DNA of 64,000 bases from Tubiluchus corallicola (lineage: Eukaryota > Animalia > Priapulida), in contig JAQGDQ010000064.1 in assembly GCA_030141605.1 (NCBI GenBank), positions 548,116 to 612,115 of the forward strand, written 5' to 3'. The translations under genes were made by a program, and so were the position numbers. The notes beneath the pieces are model-generated. The model did no database searches. It was not told where the DNA came from and saw nothing but the letters and a program-made list of their open reading frames with translations. Positions 40,501 through 56,889 of the stretch are shown here, piece by piece. The number at the start of each line of letters is the position of its first letter. Positions within the stretch are counted from its first letter, which is position 1.

Positions 40501-43500
40501 TAGGCATTAGAATCACTCAGCAGTTTATAATAATGCAACGTAATAATAACTGGGTTACTCATTTGTGTCGTAACTCTTTAAAGAAGTCTGTCTTGCTGTG
40601 ATATTGGTCTCGTTCATGTAATAAATTTTTGGTCAGTTTTTTTATACTGTGACATCATTCTGGACTAGTATTCATAATAAAATTATTGTAAAATGATGTT
40701 TAGCAAAAACCTACACCTAAACTCCCTGCAATCTGAATTCCAACAGCAGCAAGTTCTTGAGCTACAGATGGCATACCAATTAAGTAAACTTTCTGAGACA
40801 ACTTCGCTACATCCCTCAGATACTGCGCTAAGATATTAGCTGTGCAAATGATATCATCCTGGTAAAAAGAAATAGAAAAATTTCAGATACTGTCTGTTAG
40901 AAACAAACTTCGAGACCACACAGTTGTAATTGGTAAGCATTATACTGTTACAGATTAAAAAATATAATGACAGTTTGGCAATCAAGCATTTTGCAGAAGA
41001 AATGAACAGCTCACAGTTTTAGTGTTAGCGTAGTTCTCTATGTTTAGTGTACATCAATCAACATTTTAAAATCAAAGTAACTTAGGACATCTAGGCACAC
41101 ATGTATAATAACTCACAGCCACCGAAGGAAATCCAGCTTTGCCCAGTTTCTCGGCATATTCCTCCCGTGTCTTTGTACTATTGTTAGTTACATAAAATAC
41201 ATGTTTGCCCTAAAATAATTACAAACATTTCTTGATTACTATTATACATTTCAGCTAAGCTGACCTATTCAGTAATAAGGGGTGTTTACTTACACACGGC
41301 TCTGTTTCCCATATGGGTAGATTATTTTATACAGATAGTATGGCTAAATCCTTTCCTACAGAATACAATCCCAGTGGCAGATATAGGGGGTGGGCCCACC
41401 CTTTCATAGTAGCAGTTACAGCACACCAAGTGAATATTTTCTCTGAATTGTAAGCTTTAATGACTTATATCGAGTAAAAAGTTCTGCATAAATGATTTCG
41501 GTTTAAAAACATTTGTGCTGTTTAAGTGATAATTGAAGTTTTTGGCAAAGATATCGCCATGCGCAATTATATGCTATACTAGAGTGTATACTACTATATT
41601 GGTGTGTAATTAAGAGTAAAAAGTTTGAGGTGACACAATGAGTTTTAAACTACTCTTTTGCTTGAAGAAATAGTAAGAAAATGGTCTAAAATGCAATTGG
41701 TAGCCGGGGTTCCCACGAACCCCTAGCTGCTTTTTTGTTGGGCCCACCTCTTTTTCTAAAGCCTGTATCCGCAAAAATCTTCACAAAAATTTCACTTGTT
41801 TGCTAAAATAGTGTCTACGGAAGAAAACAGTGCATGCCAGTTGGTTGATTTTTAGAAAAATTTGCTTAAGAGGCGGAGTGTGTCTGCCTTTACTACCATA
41901 AAGAGGTTCAACTTCCATCAATAAAAACTGCACACTGCAAGTTCATATATGCAAGATCATTTTGACTAGTATAGGTTAATATTTGTAATTTTGACTGTAA
42001 AAATTAATATTTTAAACCACAAACCTTTGCCTTAAGCTTGCTAACAGTTTCCACGGCATCAGGAAACACTGAACTTCCATGCCATAAAACACCTTAAATA
42101 AAAATTAACATTTCAAACAACTGTTTATCATGTAGAGATACAAGTAAAGAAATTGCACACAATTAAATGAATATTACAAATTATCTCTGCATTGTGTGAT
42201 GCAAATTTTTATATCATTTAAATGCCCAGCCATTTAACAGTGAGGCCTATAACAGCCGACAAGCTTGCATAACCAACAACGACATATGTGCAACAAGTAC
42301 GATTTGGTTACATGATTATACATCGCGCATTAGGCTAACAAGTATAAAATATTAAAGAAACAGCTTTTTGCAATGCCAGAATACTCCTTACTCTTGAGCA
42401 CTACATAAATGGTTGCTTCGAGCCTCGAGGCCAGATTTTACCTTTGTCAAGTTATTTCTCTGGCAAGGAAAACATATTGGATTACCAAAGTTTTTGCTAT
42501 CTGCACATGCAATAAGTATCATGTAAATATCCTAAGATCCATTTCATAAAAAGTGATTTACTATTTCTGTTCATTTAATGTTTCAAACTAAACCAAGCTC
42601 AAATGCAAATAAAAATAAACCAAGTGTTGACGACAGAAACTTAATAAAATGCAGAGTCTGTGATGGTGAACATGGAATTTGGAAATGCGAAAAATTCAAA
42701 CAGCACGATATTGTACACAGATGGACATTGGCTAAACAGCTCAAATTATGTTACCGTTGCCTCGGTAGCAATCACCGTGGACAGTCATGCAATCATAGCA
42801 GAGCGTGCGGTATCAACAAATGCATTGGTATGCATCATCACTTGTTGCATTTAGACGATACTACATCGCCTAAGACAAATGAGATTAATATGGCAGTACA
42901 AGCAGACTCGAGTGAACAACGACTAGATACGCCCTCTGCAACCCCACCCAGGAATGGAGCCACCACAATGATGTCAGCTGCAGCGAAACGCATGGACAGC
43001 ATTACGTTACGCACAATTCCAGTAGTGATTAAGAATGGTCAACGGCAACTGACGGTAAATGCTTTACTGGATGTAAAGTACAAAAACATACATCAACGTT
43101 GATATTGCTGCCGAGTTAGGTTTACAGAGACGGTTACAGCAAGTTAATGTCAATATATTAAATGGACAGATGGAAACATTTACTACAATGCCAGTTAAGT
43201 TCACGTTAGAAAGTTTGGATGGTCAATTGAAGTTGCCAATGGAAGCGTTTACCACAAACCGTGTAACTATCAATTTAAGAAAAGTCATTAACTGGAATAA
43301 ACACAAGGACAAATGGACAGATTTAAACGACATGAATTTTCCAGTGGCTGGGCGGCGTTTTATTGTCGATGTGTTGATTGGAGTTGACTACAGTGACTTA
43401 CACTATTCCTATCAAGATATTCGTGGCAAACCAGAAGAACCAGTTGCTAGGCTTACTCCACTCGCATGGACGTCCATCGGAGAAGTGGACAAAAGAAACA

Positions 43501-46195
43501 TTCGGTCCAGACCAACTTTATTCGCACGTATGTCACACAACAGTCAACAGATGTCAGTGAGGTTGAGGTGGTGTTAAAAAAGTTTTGGCGAATAGACTCA
43601 ATGGGCACCATAGCGAGTAATGATACACAAAATGCATTGTTACAAGATCGCGAAGCCATGCAAATTGTTAGGAAATCTTTACGTTATGAAAACAATCGCT
43701 ACAAAATTTCATTACCGTGGAAAACTCACCAGTGGAATTACCTGATGATTACAACATGGCGTATAAGAGGCTGTTAGGCACCAAGAAATGTCTGTTGTAG
43801 TCTACAGAGGTAGCCTATGCCTACAATGATGTCATAGAGGACCACCTAAGAAAGGATTACATTTGCAAAATCACATTATCAGAAGAGAAGCGCATGGGTA
43901 AATGGTATTTGCCACATTTCCCGATAATCAAGAGAGATCGAGCAACTACAAAGAACAAAGGATCGGGCAAGAATATTCACGTTTGAAAAGTGGCTGAGAA
44001 CTTCCTAAAAGCAGTAAGCTTATTAGTCTAAACTCACAACTAGACAATGATGATGTTATGACGAGTAACAGCTGTCTCATGAATGCCGAATTCTTGCCAT
44101 ATGATGTATTATTTCCGATAATTCTACTACGCAAGCATTGGGTCACAAAGCTGATTGTCAAATTATATCACGAGAATGGATTTCACGTGGCTGGAACGAA
44201 CCACACTCTTGCAGATATTTGCTCCAGATTCTGGATTATGTCAGCCAGATTCTGGATTATGCGCTCATTGCAATCGACAGAAAGCAAAACGTGGGACTTA
44301 AATTATGGCTCCCCTTCCAAATATCAGACTAAAACTGCCGCTAAGAGCATTTGCTAGATGTTCTGTCGATTTCGGAGGGCCATTTCTAATTATCCATGGA
44401 AGAGGCAAAACAAGACACAAGTGTCACCTGTGTTTATTCACCTGTTTGTGCACTAGGGCGGTACATTTGGAAATGGCATTTGGGCTGGATACTGAACGAC
44501 TCATTTCTGAACGCTTTCTACCGCATGGTGAATCGTCGAGGACTGCCCAATGAAGTACTGTCAGATAACGGTACAAATTTTGTAGAAGTGGTGAACGAAC
44601 TACAGAAACTGGCTTCCCCGAACTAGACAAAAACAAAATTCAGAATGCAAATGTTACTCATGGAGTTAAGTGTTTTTTTAACCCACCTTCAGCTCCCCAC
44701 TTTGGCGGCGTACACGAGACGATGATAAAGGCAGCCAAACGAGCAATCTACGCAATATTAGGAAATGCGGATATCACTGACGAAGAATTGCTAACTGCAT
44801 TTTCGGAAGCCGAATCACTGATAAACTCGCGTCCCTTGACTTACCAGCCAGCCAACGAGAATGACGATACACCCATTGACACCAAATCACTTTCTTTACG
44901 GACATCTAGGCGGGAAACTTGCCCCAGAGGTAGTAGATACGACTACCTTCAATAAATGGGCAACAAAATATATTTACGAAAGTCTCTTTTGCCTTTGAAT
45001 ATACGAACACATCATATTTGCGACATATTTTTTGTAATTTTAACTAATCATGTGGTCGTTTGCAAGCTTTTATCCACTTTTTGCATTTTTCCAACTGTTT
45101 GTCAGACTACAAAAATGGAATAAATTTGATTATTTTATTCTGCAAACGATCTTGCCCAAGTTACGTAAGTCATAAGTCCCAATGGCATCCTTTAATTATG
45201 ATTATAGCTAGGAAAATACCATAAAATTTACTATTTCATGATACAAATTTCACATTGATATATAACATAAATTTTGACCAAATTTGAATAAATTTGGACC
45301 ATGAAGATTTTATTGAGGTTTACAAAAACTGACCAGAAAAGAAAACATTTTGCTTGAATGTGAATCCTGATAGTTGTCATGTATTCCCGTAGTGAGTTCA
45401 ACTCTGCCGCTGAACTACTTGTCTTTATTTAGCTTGCAAGGTCGTACATTAAACTTAACCGCATATTTTATTAATAGCAAAATCAGTAACTCATAGATGC
45501 AAGCGCTGTGTATTTCTTCCTATAAAGAACGAAATTATGCTATGTATTTCCACTAATTCACCTGCAATTTTAATCGACAATACAGATAATCGACAACCTG
45601 TAATAAGATCCAAAACCAGGCTGATTTCTATCCTGCAAATTTATGAACAGTTGAGTATTTTTCATAAGAATATAACATATACTGACAATACATAGTTAGA
45701 GTTCTTATCCTGAAACACGAGGAAGTGAACCGGTTTTGTGGGCGTGTGAAAAATAGGCACATTGATTGGACAGTCAGCAGGGCCTACGTAAGCATGATCG
45801 ATATTCTGTTTAACGTCAATTTGCAGTAAATAAATTTAATAATTTGGTGTCATATACATTGTGTGCAGAAAAATATTAATTCTGGTTTCTAATAATTCTT
45901 TGCAGTGTAGAAAACCATCTGAAGCATTCCTATTCCAGCATTTTCATGCAACTACTTAAGCTTCATAGGGTACAATCCACTCACGCATAATTTCAAAACT
46001 AATAAAAATTAAGAGAATTCGTTTTTGGAGTCACAGTAAAAGAAATATTCATTATAACATCAATCTGTGAACTAAGAAGTCACTCATTAAGTTTTTAATT
46101 TGCTTACCGTCACAGTCTAACAAAAAATTATCATGTTCTTCAACAAAATTAGATGCAATTTCATCCGTCAAAAATTCGTTACAGGGTGCTACCAT
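37600..46195 (-). CDS. PGP: HAD-family class IIA phosphatase (phosphoglycolate / glycerol-3-phosphate phosphatase-like), 310 aa
   Basis: Exons 46195-46108, 42092-42025, 41209-41117, 40858-40715, 40348-40283, 39576-39426, 38776-38635, 37780-37600 (TAA). HAD motifs [52 protein letters not shown]. The PDXP paralogue cannot be strictly excluded. Confidence 0.9.
38013..38520 (+). mobile_element. hAT-like DNA transposon left-end fragment in the last PGP intron
   Basis: CAGGGGTGTGCAAA...GCCGGGCCAC...GCGGGCC terminal pattern followed by CpG-richer sequence; right end not identified. Confidence 0.4.
39745..39935 (-). repeat. Dispersed repeat copy B (inverted relative to 36676-36926) in PGP intron 5
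   Basis: TGAATGTTTATTGTTAACA...AAATGCACCAG...TTGTGAATATAAATGATTACAGTTTCTTCACTG...GGGTACCTGAATCTGATTTTTGCTACTCGTGTAAAC. Confidence 0.8.
41372..41772. mobile_element. MITE-like element with degenerate inverted ends
   Basis: Left CAGTGGCAGATATAGGGGGTGGGCCCACCC; right GGGCCCACCTC...CCTGTATCCGC (partial reverse complement, right terminus apparently lost). Confidence 0.45.
42578..44955 (+). mobile_element. Degenerate, internally deleted BEL/Pao LTR retrotransposon (gag zinc knuckles, protease, RT start, integrase) in PGP intron 1, antisense to the host
   Basis: Three BEL/Pao-type knuckles [42 protein letters not shown]; protease VNALLD; [35 protein letters not shown]; integrase [60 protein letters not shown]. 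Multiple frameshifts and stops; no LTRs seen. Confidence 0.92.
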
Positions 46196-49006
46196 CTTGG
46201 AAATTGCTATGATTTCATTGGCCACCACTCACCGCGTTTCTGAGGTATGGAAGAGTATTATAGTCATATTCATTTTGTTACCAACCAAATCGTTCTGTGG
46301 TGTGCATGCGATACAAACACAAAAGTGTCACTATCGCGATCAGAAACTGCATTAGCCTTAACTTATTCTGTTGCTCATTATCGTTTCTACACTACCAGTT
46401 AGCGAAACACCTAAACAAATCCAATCTTTCAAAACCATATTGACATCTCCATACACAACAACCCAGTATCATTCATAAAAGTATATCCTTCATAGGTTAT
46501 TATAGCGTGCACGTGTATTACAACTTGTCTACAAGCAATACGCATGCTTTGCAGGTAACTTTTGCAGCTGTTTGTATAACAATTCAAATTATGCTAAATA
46601 CGTTTGGTCGAATTCTTACTCCAAAATTTCAAATGGTTCTCTGTAGATTGTGTACCTGACAGTTACGTTTTAAATTACATTGTATGCATGTGTAATTCTT
46701 AATTCCCACAAAGGTGACATTAATTCAATAGTTTAACAAACTTACTGTATTTAATTAAAACATCTTCATATTACAGCACTTTGCTTTTCACATTTGTAAA
46801 TTACAACAATCACAAAATTTACTTGTTTAATTTCATAAAATAATAAGCCTTCTGTTTCTTTTAGTCAAATTCGGCGTAAAATGAAGTGAAGCTCAGAAGC
46901 TGTTATCAGTATTGTGAAGTTGCACTTGTGGCTCGTCATGTTTAATAAATAAAAAATGGTGTGCATTAATATTATGTACAATTTCTTGTGACTGATGTGG
47001 TAACTGAAAGCTGTAATTTTTTTCTTTTAAAGTAATGTGTCACTTTTACAGCAATATAATGGGCAACCAACAAGTACTACCTAGCATTTCGAAATTTCTT
47101 TATGTTGAGCAAAAAGCAACAAAAAGCATGGCCAACAGCACATATCACGCACATTAAAAGGAACTGATCTGGACCAGTTTCAATTTTGATTTCTGCAAAT
47201 TTTCATTTCATCTCAGACTTCGAATCATATATGAACAGTCATTTTCGTGTTTTACTAATTTCACTAGCAGTACTTTGATTGATATCACCGAAAATGGTAC
47301 AATGTATAATAGTTTATAGCATGTAGGCCTGTGTTGTACAGCAAAGTTAAAAATAAAAATTTCACTTAATATGTTATTGTAAAATATTTTCTAGAAATGG
47401 TGGTTAAAAACACTAACATAAGCCTAAAATTAAAACGGAAAAAAGTATATTCAGTTTTCTTTCACAAATTTTATATGCATCATATAAACAGAATATTTGC
47501 AAACAAACAGCCGCCCAGCTTTTAAACAACAAATCTAATCACTCTTTTTGCGAGCTTCCAATTCAATAGCTACAAACAAGTTGCAATATTCAGCTAATTG
47601 TAACACAAAGCACTCTACCTTCTCCTACTTTCCTTTTCTGTAACAATAGCAAATTAACAAAAGTATTTTCTCAGCAAAATGTACATTTTAATATACAACA
47701 AAATTTTCTAAATTAAAGTAATCATGAAACCTTCAAAAATTTAAAACACAATAAGACTAGAAACCCTGAAGCACTAAGGCATGACACACTATTATCAAAT
47801 GAATTAATAACATCTATGGTGTACTTTTTTAGAATCAGCAACAAAGGGAGGAAATCACTGTGCAGAAGCATGTACTTTTATTTGTTAGGGTTTCTCAGTC
47901 ATGAAAACAATGCAAAAAATGACTGTAAACAACTTGCGCAATGCACCGGTAGTTTAACCAGCAATTGTCGAATGCTGTAATAAGTTATACTAAATATTAA
48001 TACTACACATTCTTGTCTCAAGGAAAAAACAGCTACTGCATACAGAATGTTTCAACTACTATGGGAGCTTACAGTTCAATTCTGAGTATAATGGACTGCA
48101 AAGTTGCATTATTCATTTACATCATAAAATAGACTGTGTATAATTTTGCCATTATTGTACCCAAAACAAAAGATTTATAATTCAGAAATCTACAAAGAAT
48201 GTAGTAATGGCATGTAAACTAATTAGCTTCGCCAACTAGATATTTGGAAACAAAAATATAACTTGGGTTTTTATTTTTGTATTTTCTTATACATGATCAA
48301 AATCCGAGCACATACATGAGCCAACTAAGGTAAAATGTAGTAAAATAATCTGACCACCGATTATATCTTTGATAATACATATAACTCATTTCCATTGCTA
48401 AGTAAGTAACGAAAATTTACAGTTGACAGTGCAATAATACAGGTAGTATAATTAGCCTGAACACTTATATTTAAAATAATTCTGAACAATGTTTTAATGG
48501 AGCTGTACAATTTAATTAGAATGACAAAAAGATAGTCATTATATAACTTGAACCTAACTAGTTAAGGAATCCACCATCGTACATCTAGGCTGCATGCGAA
48601 CTAAAAATCCAGACCTGTCTAAAGTTAAACAATTTCAAGTTTAACTGGGCTGTGCCTAGACAGGTTTAGGCTTTGAGAATGCAGTCTAAGACTTATATTA
48701 AAACTGTTCGCTAAGAGCTTGAAATTGCAAAACGGAAAACCATTGATGCTACATGAAGAATTTAAGTGAAAATAAAATTTAAACAATGAATTTTAAAAAC
48801 AAACATGCCCTAAACGAATATAACTATATTTACGGTTATCTTACAATGTACACATTAGTCTAGAACAACTAGAAAGAGTGTAATTTCTTTGTACCATGTG
48901 CAATACAAGACGAATATGGTGTATTTCTTTTCAGTTGAATGTTTGGTTTTAAAATTTATTGTGAAATTGATATATCATGTATGCACAATAGCAGGAAATA
49001 ATAGTA

Positions 49007-49178
49007 CAGTGGACTCTCGTTATAAGAATCACCTCGGGAGAAGGCAAAGTGATTCTTATATCGAGCTGATTCTTATACTAGCGGATTTTCAATTGCTGAT
49101 TCAATTCGGGAAACGCGATTTTGATTCTTATATCGAGCTGATTCTTATACGTGTGATTCTTGTAACGAGAGTCCACTG
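49007..49178. mobile_element. pogo/Tigger (Tc1/mariner superfamily) MITE with TA target-site duplication
   Basis: TIR CAGTGGACTCTCGTTATAAGAATCAC / GTGATTCTTGTAACGAGAGTCCACTG (one mismatch), TA on both sides; internal direct repeat TGATTCTTATATCGAGCTGATTCTTATAC x2. Confidence 0.9.
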
Positions 49179-49594
49179 TATTTAAAAAATACATTATACA
49201 AATGCAAGTAGGACTCGTTGAATTAGAAACACATTGCAAGTGGGTTTTGGTAAAAATAAGCCATTGCTTTGTCCATAAAAGCAGCAATGCTGAAAAGTTG
49301 CTGAAATATCATTGTTGAGAGCAATTACACACAGGTGATTATACAAATTTCACATCAGCAGATCATTATATCTTTTGTACTTTATCAGGTTTCTATGCTA
49401 CTGGATGGCCGATAAATGTGAAAGCTACAGAGAAAGTACAAAGCTTAACACTCTTGAAGGAAACAGTACAAATCAAAACACTTCATTAAATTTATGGATA
49501 TACGTGGATATACAAAAAATAAGTATATCAGTAATGAAACACATCTGCACAACATTATAAAGCTTTATGAACATTTTAAACTTACAGGAGGAAA

Positions 49595-53296
<3,702 letters not shown>

Positions 53297-55093
53297 CTAT
53301 TATTTAGTCCTTCTTTCGAGTTTTACCAAGATTCCAAACTTGAAGACACAAAAACAGTGCACTAACAATGCAAAGTCTTCAAAACTCAGATAAACTACAA
53401 AAAAGTGACTATTAGAATTTAAGCTGATTATTTAGGGTATGTGTTTTTATTTTTGGTATGATGCACCACTAACTTTTTCATCGTGTAAGCTATCTTATCA
53501 AAAGTACTGCTACAAAAAGACACTTGTGATTAATAGTATGCTAAGTATACTAAGTGGATGTTGCACAAAAAAGAGAACTATACTTGTAAATGTGTGAGAT
53601 TTATCAACATTACTGACTATAGCACTTGCCAGCAAATGCAAGAACAAAATAAATGTGCTGCAATAAATCCTATCATTTTCCCTATTTTACAATGTGACAT
53701 TAAAAATTTTCACTTCTATATCTTACATACATTACTGGACAGAAAAGCTAGCTTGATAAAAAAGAAATACTATATACTCGAAAGACGTTTTTTTTTCAAA
53801 AAAATATCTCACAGCTATGAATCAAGTCATATTTGGATTAGCCAAGTTTCACTGTACAAATTTGCAATGCAAACAAAAGTTTATGAATGCCTGTGTAATA
53901 ATGGATCAAAGAAATTGATACTTCCTTACTGCCAACATTAAATTATATGTAGCTATGACTTGTAAATTTCTTAGCTGTTTTAATAGTAATGTAACAAAAT
54001 ATTTAGCTTTGTGCTCAAATGCTTTCAAAGCAACATTAAATTTGCCTGAATTTTTTAAAAAGCTAGTTAATGCAAAACCCTGGAACGTGTAAAAACAAAA
54101 CGGTAGCAAAGCTTGCACTGAATGTTTTCAAATTTATCGATACACTGCAAAAAAATTCAATTTAGGGCCTATTATCTGTGGTGCGAGGCCTCGCAAAAGA
54201 AAAAATCGATCGATCATGGGTGCTTGGCTGCAAAATAAAGGGATGTGCACAACGGTGCAATCTAAATTAGAGAGTTTTCTCGAGAATTCTCTCTGTGAGT
54301 AAACTAGCAAGTGTGAAAACGGCTTTGCAAGTTCTTTTGGCAAGTTATTGCAAACTTTCCGAGAGTTCTCTCGCGAGTTTCTTGCAGACAGGCTCTACTC
54401 ATTTCATTTCAGAGAATTATCTGCTAACGTGTTAGATGCAAACCCACTTTAATCATTAACATTAAGTTAGCTCTGGCAGTGAGCGTTCGATCCCTGCTTG
54501 CACACTGCCAAAAGGTACAGAAAGCTATAGTTTAACAAGTAACTGCATTAGCTTTTAAGTTTAGAACTACAGTACAAGGCAAACCAAAAATATTTTAATA
54601 GTTACTTAATTTCATAAAGACCCCATCAAAATTTGCAAACAAAAACTTTGTGACTTAAAAATCAAATTACTTTGCTTTGTCAGTATGAGCATTTATTTTG
54701 CTTTGGAGTGGCTGTTGAGTTGCTGAAGTCTTCAGGAAAACAAGTTTCTACTCTGTAAATGTATTTGAATATTTTTGCATCATTTCATATTTTGAAAACA
54801 AACTCCCTGTAACAGTACAATATTTACTGCTTATAATATAGCATAACTCAACTAAAGTTTATGACATCTAGGACAATCATTTTACAATTAATTAGTCAGC
54901 AATTATGCATTACAATGGATAACGCGCTTACTGCTCACGAAGTCGCTCATTTATAAACTTATAAACGGCAGCTTCCACAGAAAAGGTTTTGTCCAATGGC
55001 AGTTCTATTAGCATTAAACAGCATATCATAATATTATTACCAAGGAATTATTACCAACTATAATACAAAACTACATTTTGAGTACTTTAGCAC

Positions 55094-55970
55094 CACGGAT
55101 GTTACAGAAACAAAATTTTCGGTTCAGTTTGTCGATAATTACACCTTTGGTCAAGTTTCGGTTTCAGCGAAATTTATTAAGTTTCATGGCGGAAATTTCG
55201 GACAACTTCTGTAGTATTTTTCCTAGGTTGTATTAAGCATTTATCGAATTTATCTTTTCTTTTCTCCTAAATGTCAAAAACCACTGGAAAATCCTAGCTA
55301 AAATAGGTCGGCAAAAATTTCGTTTACATAACAGCTTGTGAAGTGCTTTTACCAGCAATGCAGCATAGCTTCGGCGCTGAGTACTGCGAAGTTTTAGGGT
55401 CTCCAACCCCAATCAACCGAAATATCAAACAACGTTTGAATTTATTTGAGTAAAATCACGTCTAATTTTATAATTTAAGAAATATAAGCAACAGAAAATC
55501 TACAAAATAAATTTTGTTTATTTTTTATGAAGCACTATGATCTTTAAACCTAAATCATTAAGGATACTTAAATCCAAAAACATTGTAACACATTCATTTT
55601 TCTAAGGTAAGCCGCTCCATCAAACTTGAGGTTCTATACTATAAAACCTCCTTGTGTTTTTGTATTAGATTTTTTTATCAGCAATTTTGTATCACAGGAA
55701 ATAAAAGGAAACAAACAAAAAACAAAATATTTTACTTATTTTGGAATTTTCTTTTTTCAGTTTTAATAACAATTGGTTTTGTAAAACTGTTTCAGTTTGG
55801 AAACATAACAAAAAACAAAATATTTTACTTATTTTGGAATTTTCGTTTTTCAGTTTTAATAACAATTGGTTTTGTAAAACTGTTTCAGTTTGGTTTCGCT
55901 TCGGTATCGGTTTCCTACGTTTGATAAATTTCGCTTTCGGTTTGTAAATTCAGTTTCGGCAACATCCCTG
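55094..55970. mobile_element. hAT-like non-autonomous element containing a ~94-bp internal tandem duplication (~55715-55892)
   Basis: TIR CACGGATGTTACAGAAAC vs reverse complement of right end CAGGGATGTTGCCGAAAC; flanks TTTAGCAC / TTTAGTGC (6/8, putative 8-bp TSD); subterminal TTTCGG repeats at both ends. Confidence 0.7.
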
Positions 55971-56150
55971 TTTAGTGCTGGGAAATTCTATTCTAGTGTA
56001 TTACTCAAAAAGTAATATTCAAACGCAACAGAAGTTAACAAATGTTTCTGCATAAAGCATGAATGCCGCCTAATGCAGGAATTTTACCAAGGTGCACAAT
56101 TTTATAAACAGCTTTTAAACATGATTATGCTTAAGGCATCAGAGTCAATT

Positions 56151-56164
56151 ATATATATTTACCG

Positions 56165-56192
<28 letters not shown>
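56151..56192. repeat. (TA)n microsatellite
   Basis: ATATATATATATATATATAT at ~56171-56190. Confidence 0.8.
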
Positions 56193-56196
<4 letters not shown>

Positions 56197-56889
56197 ACGA
56201 TATCTATACCAGTGAGCCATGTAAACGATATGTAGGCATCATATAGCTAGATTGTTAATTTTGCAATTAAAAGATTATCTAAGAGGACAAAAAATCGCCA
56301 ATAGATTAGTAATGACCAATTTACCTTCACTTATGGTGGCTCTTATAAGCTACATGGTGGTGACAAACTTAGATGCAAGCACAACACATAGCAGAATGAT
56401 CTCAGGGCAAACAATTGTTGTGCATGTTGGTCTACAGAAAGCACCAAGCTCATTAAGCTTACCAAACATATAGTTAGCACTCCTAACAACTCTGAGAACA
56501 ATTGCAGCACAATTTAAAGTGATTCCATATGCCACAATTTCACGACATAAAATTAGGATAAAAGTGGCATATGAAATTGTTCATTCATTACTCGTTTCAT
56601 TCAATTATCTTCCTATTAGATAGAACTAATCATTGTTAGGCCAAATGAGTGTAGAACAAACGGAAACAGGCATTTGACTGTTTTATAACACTAACAGACT
56701 TAGTACCTAATGCTTCCAATGATCAAAAATGTCGATAGCCCAATACAAGGGATATTATGAAAACCAACTTTATTAACGCTGATATTGGCATTTTTCGTTT
56801 GAGCAAGATGCCCACAAGATTAAAATTTCTTTCAACGATAAGTTGAAAACAAGAAAAGTCAAAGAGTCAGGGAGAGTGTGTGTTTGGCA

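Noticed and set aside
48889-49287. Overlapping ORFs sharing NTVDSRYKNH on both strands
   Set aside because: Translation of the MITE's two terminal inverted repeats.
54470-54510. tRNA gene (GTTCGATCCC T-loop/B-box)
   Set aside because: No cloverleaf, D-arm or anticodon arm can be built around it.
55652-55947. Hydrophobic ORFs with repeated peptides
   Set aside because: Produced by the ~94-bp duplication inside a hAT-like element.
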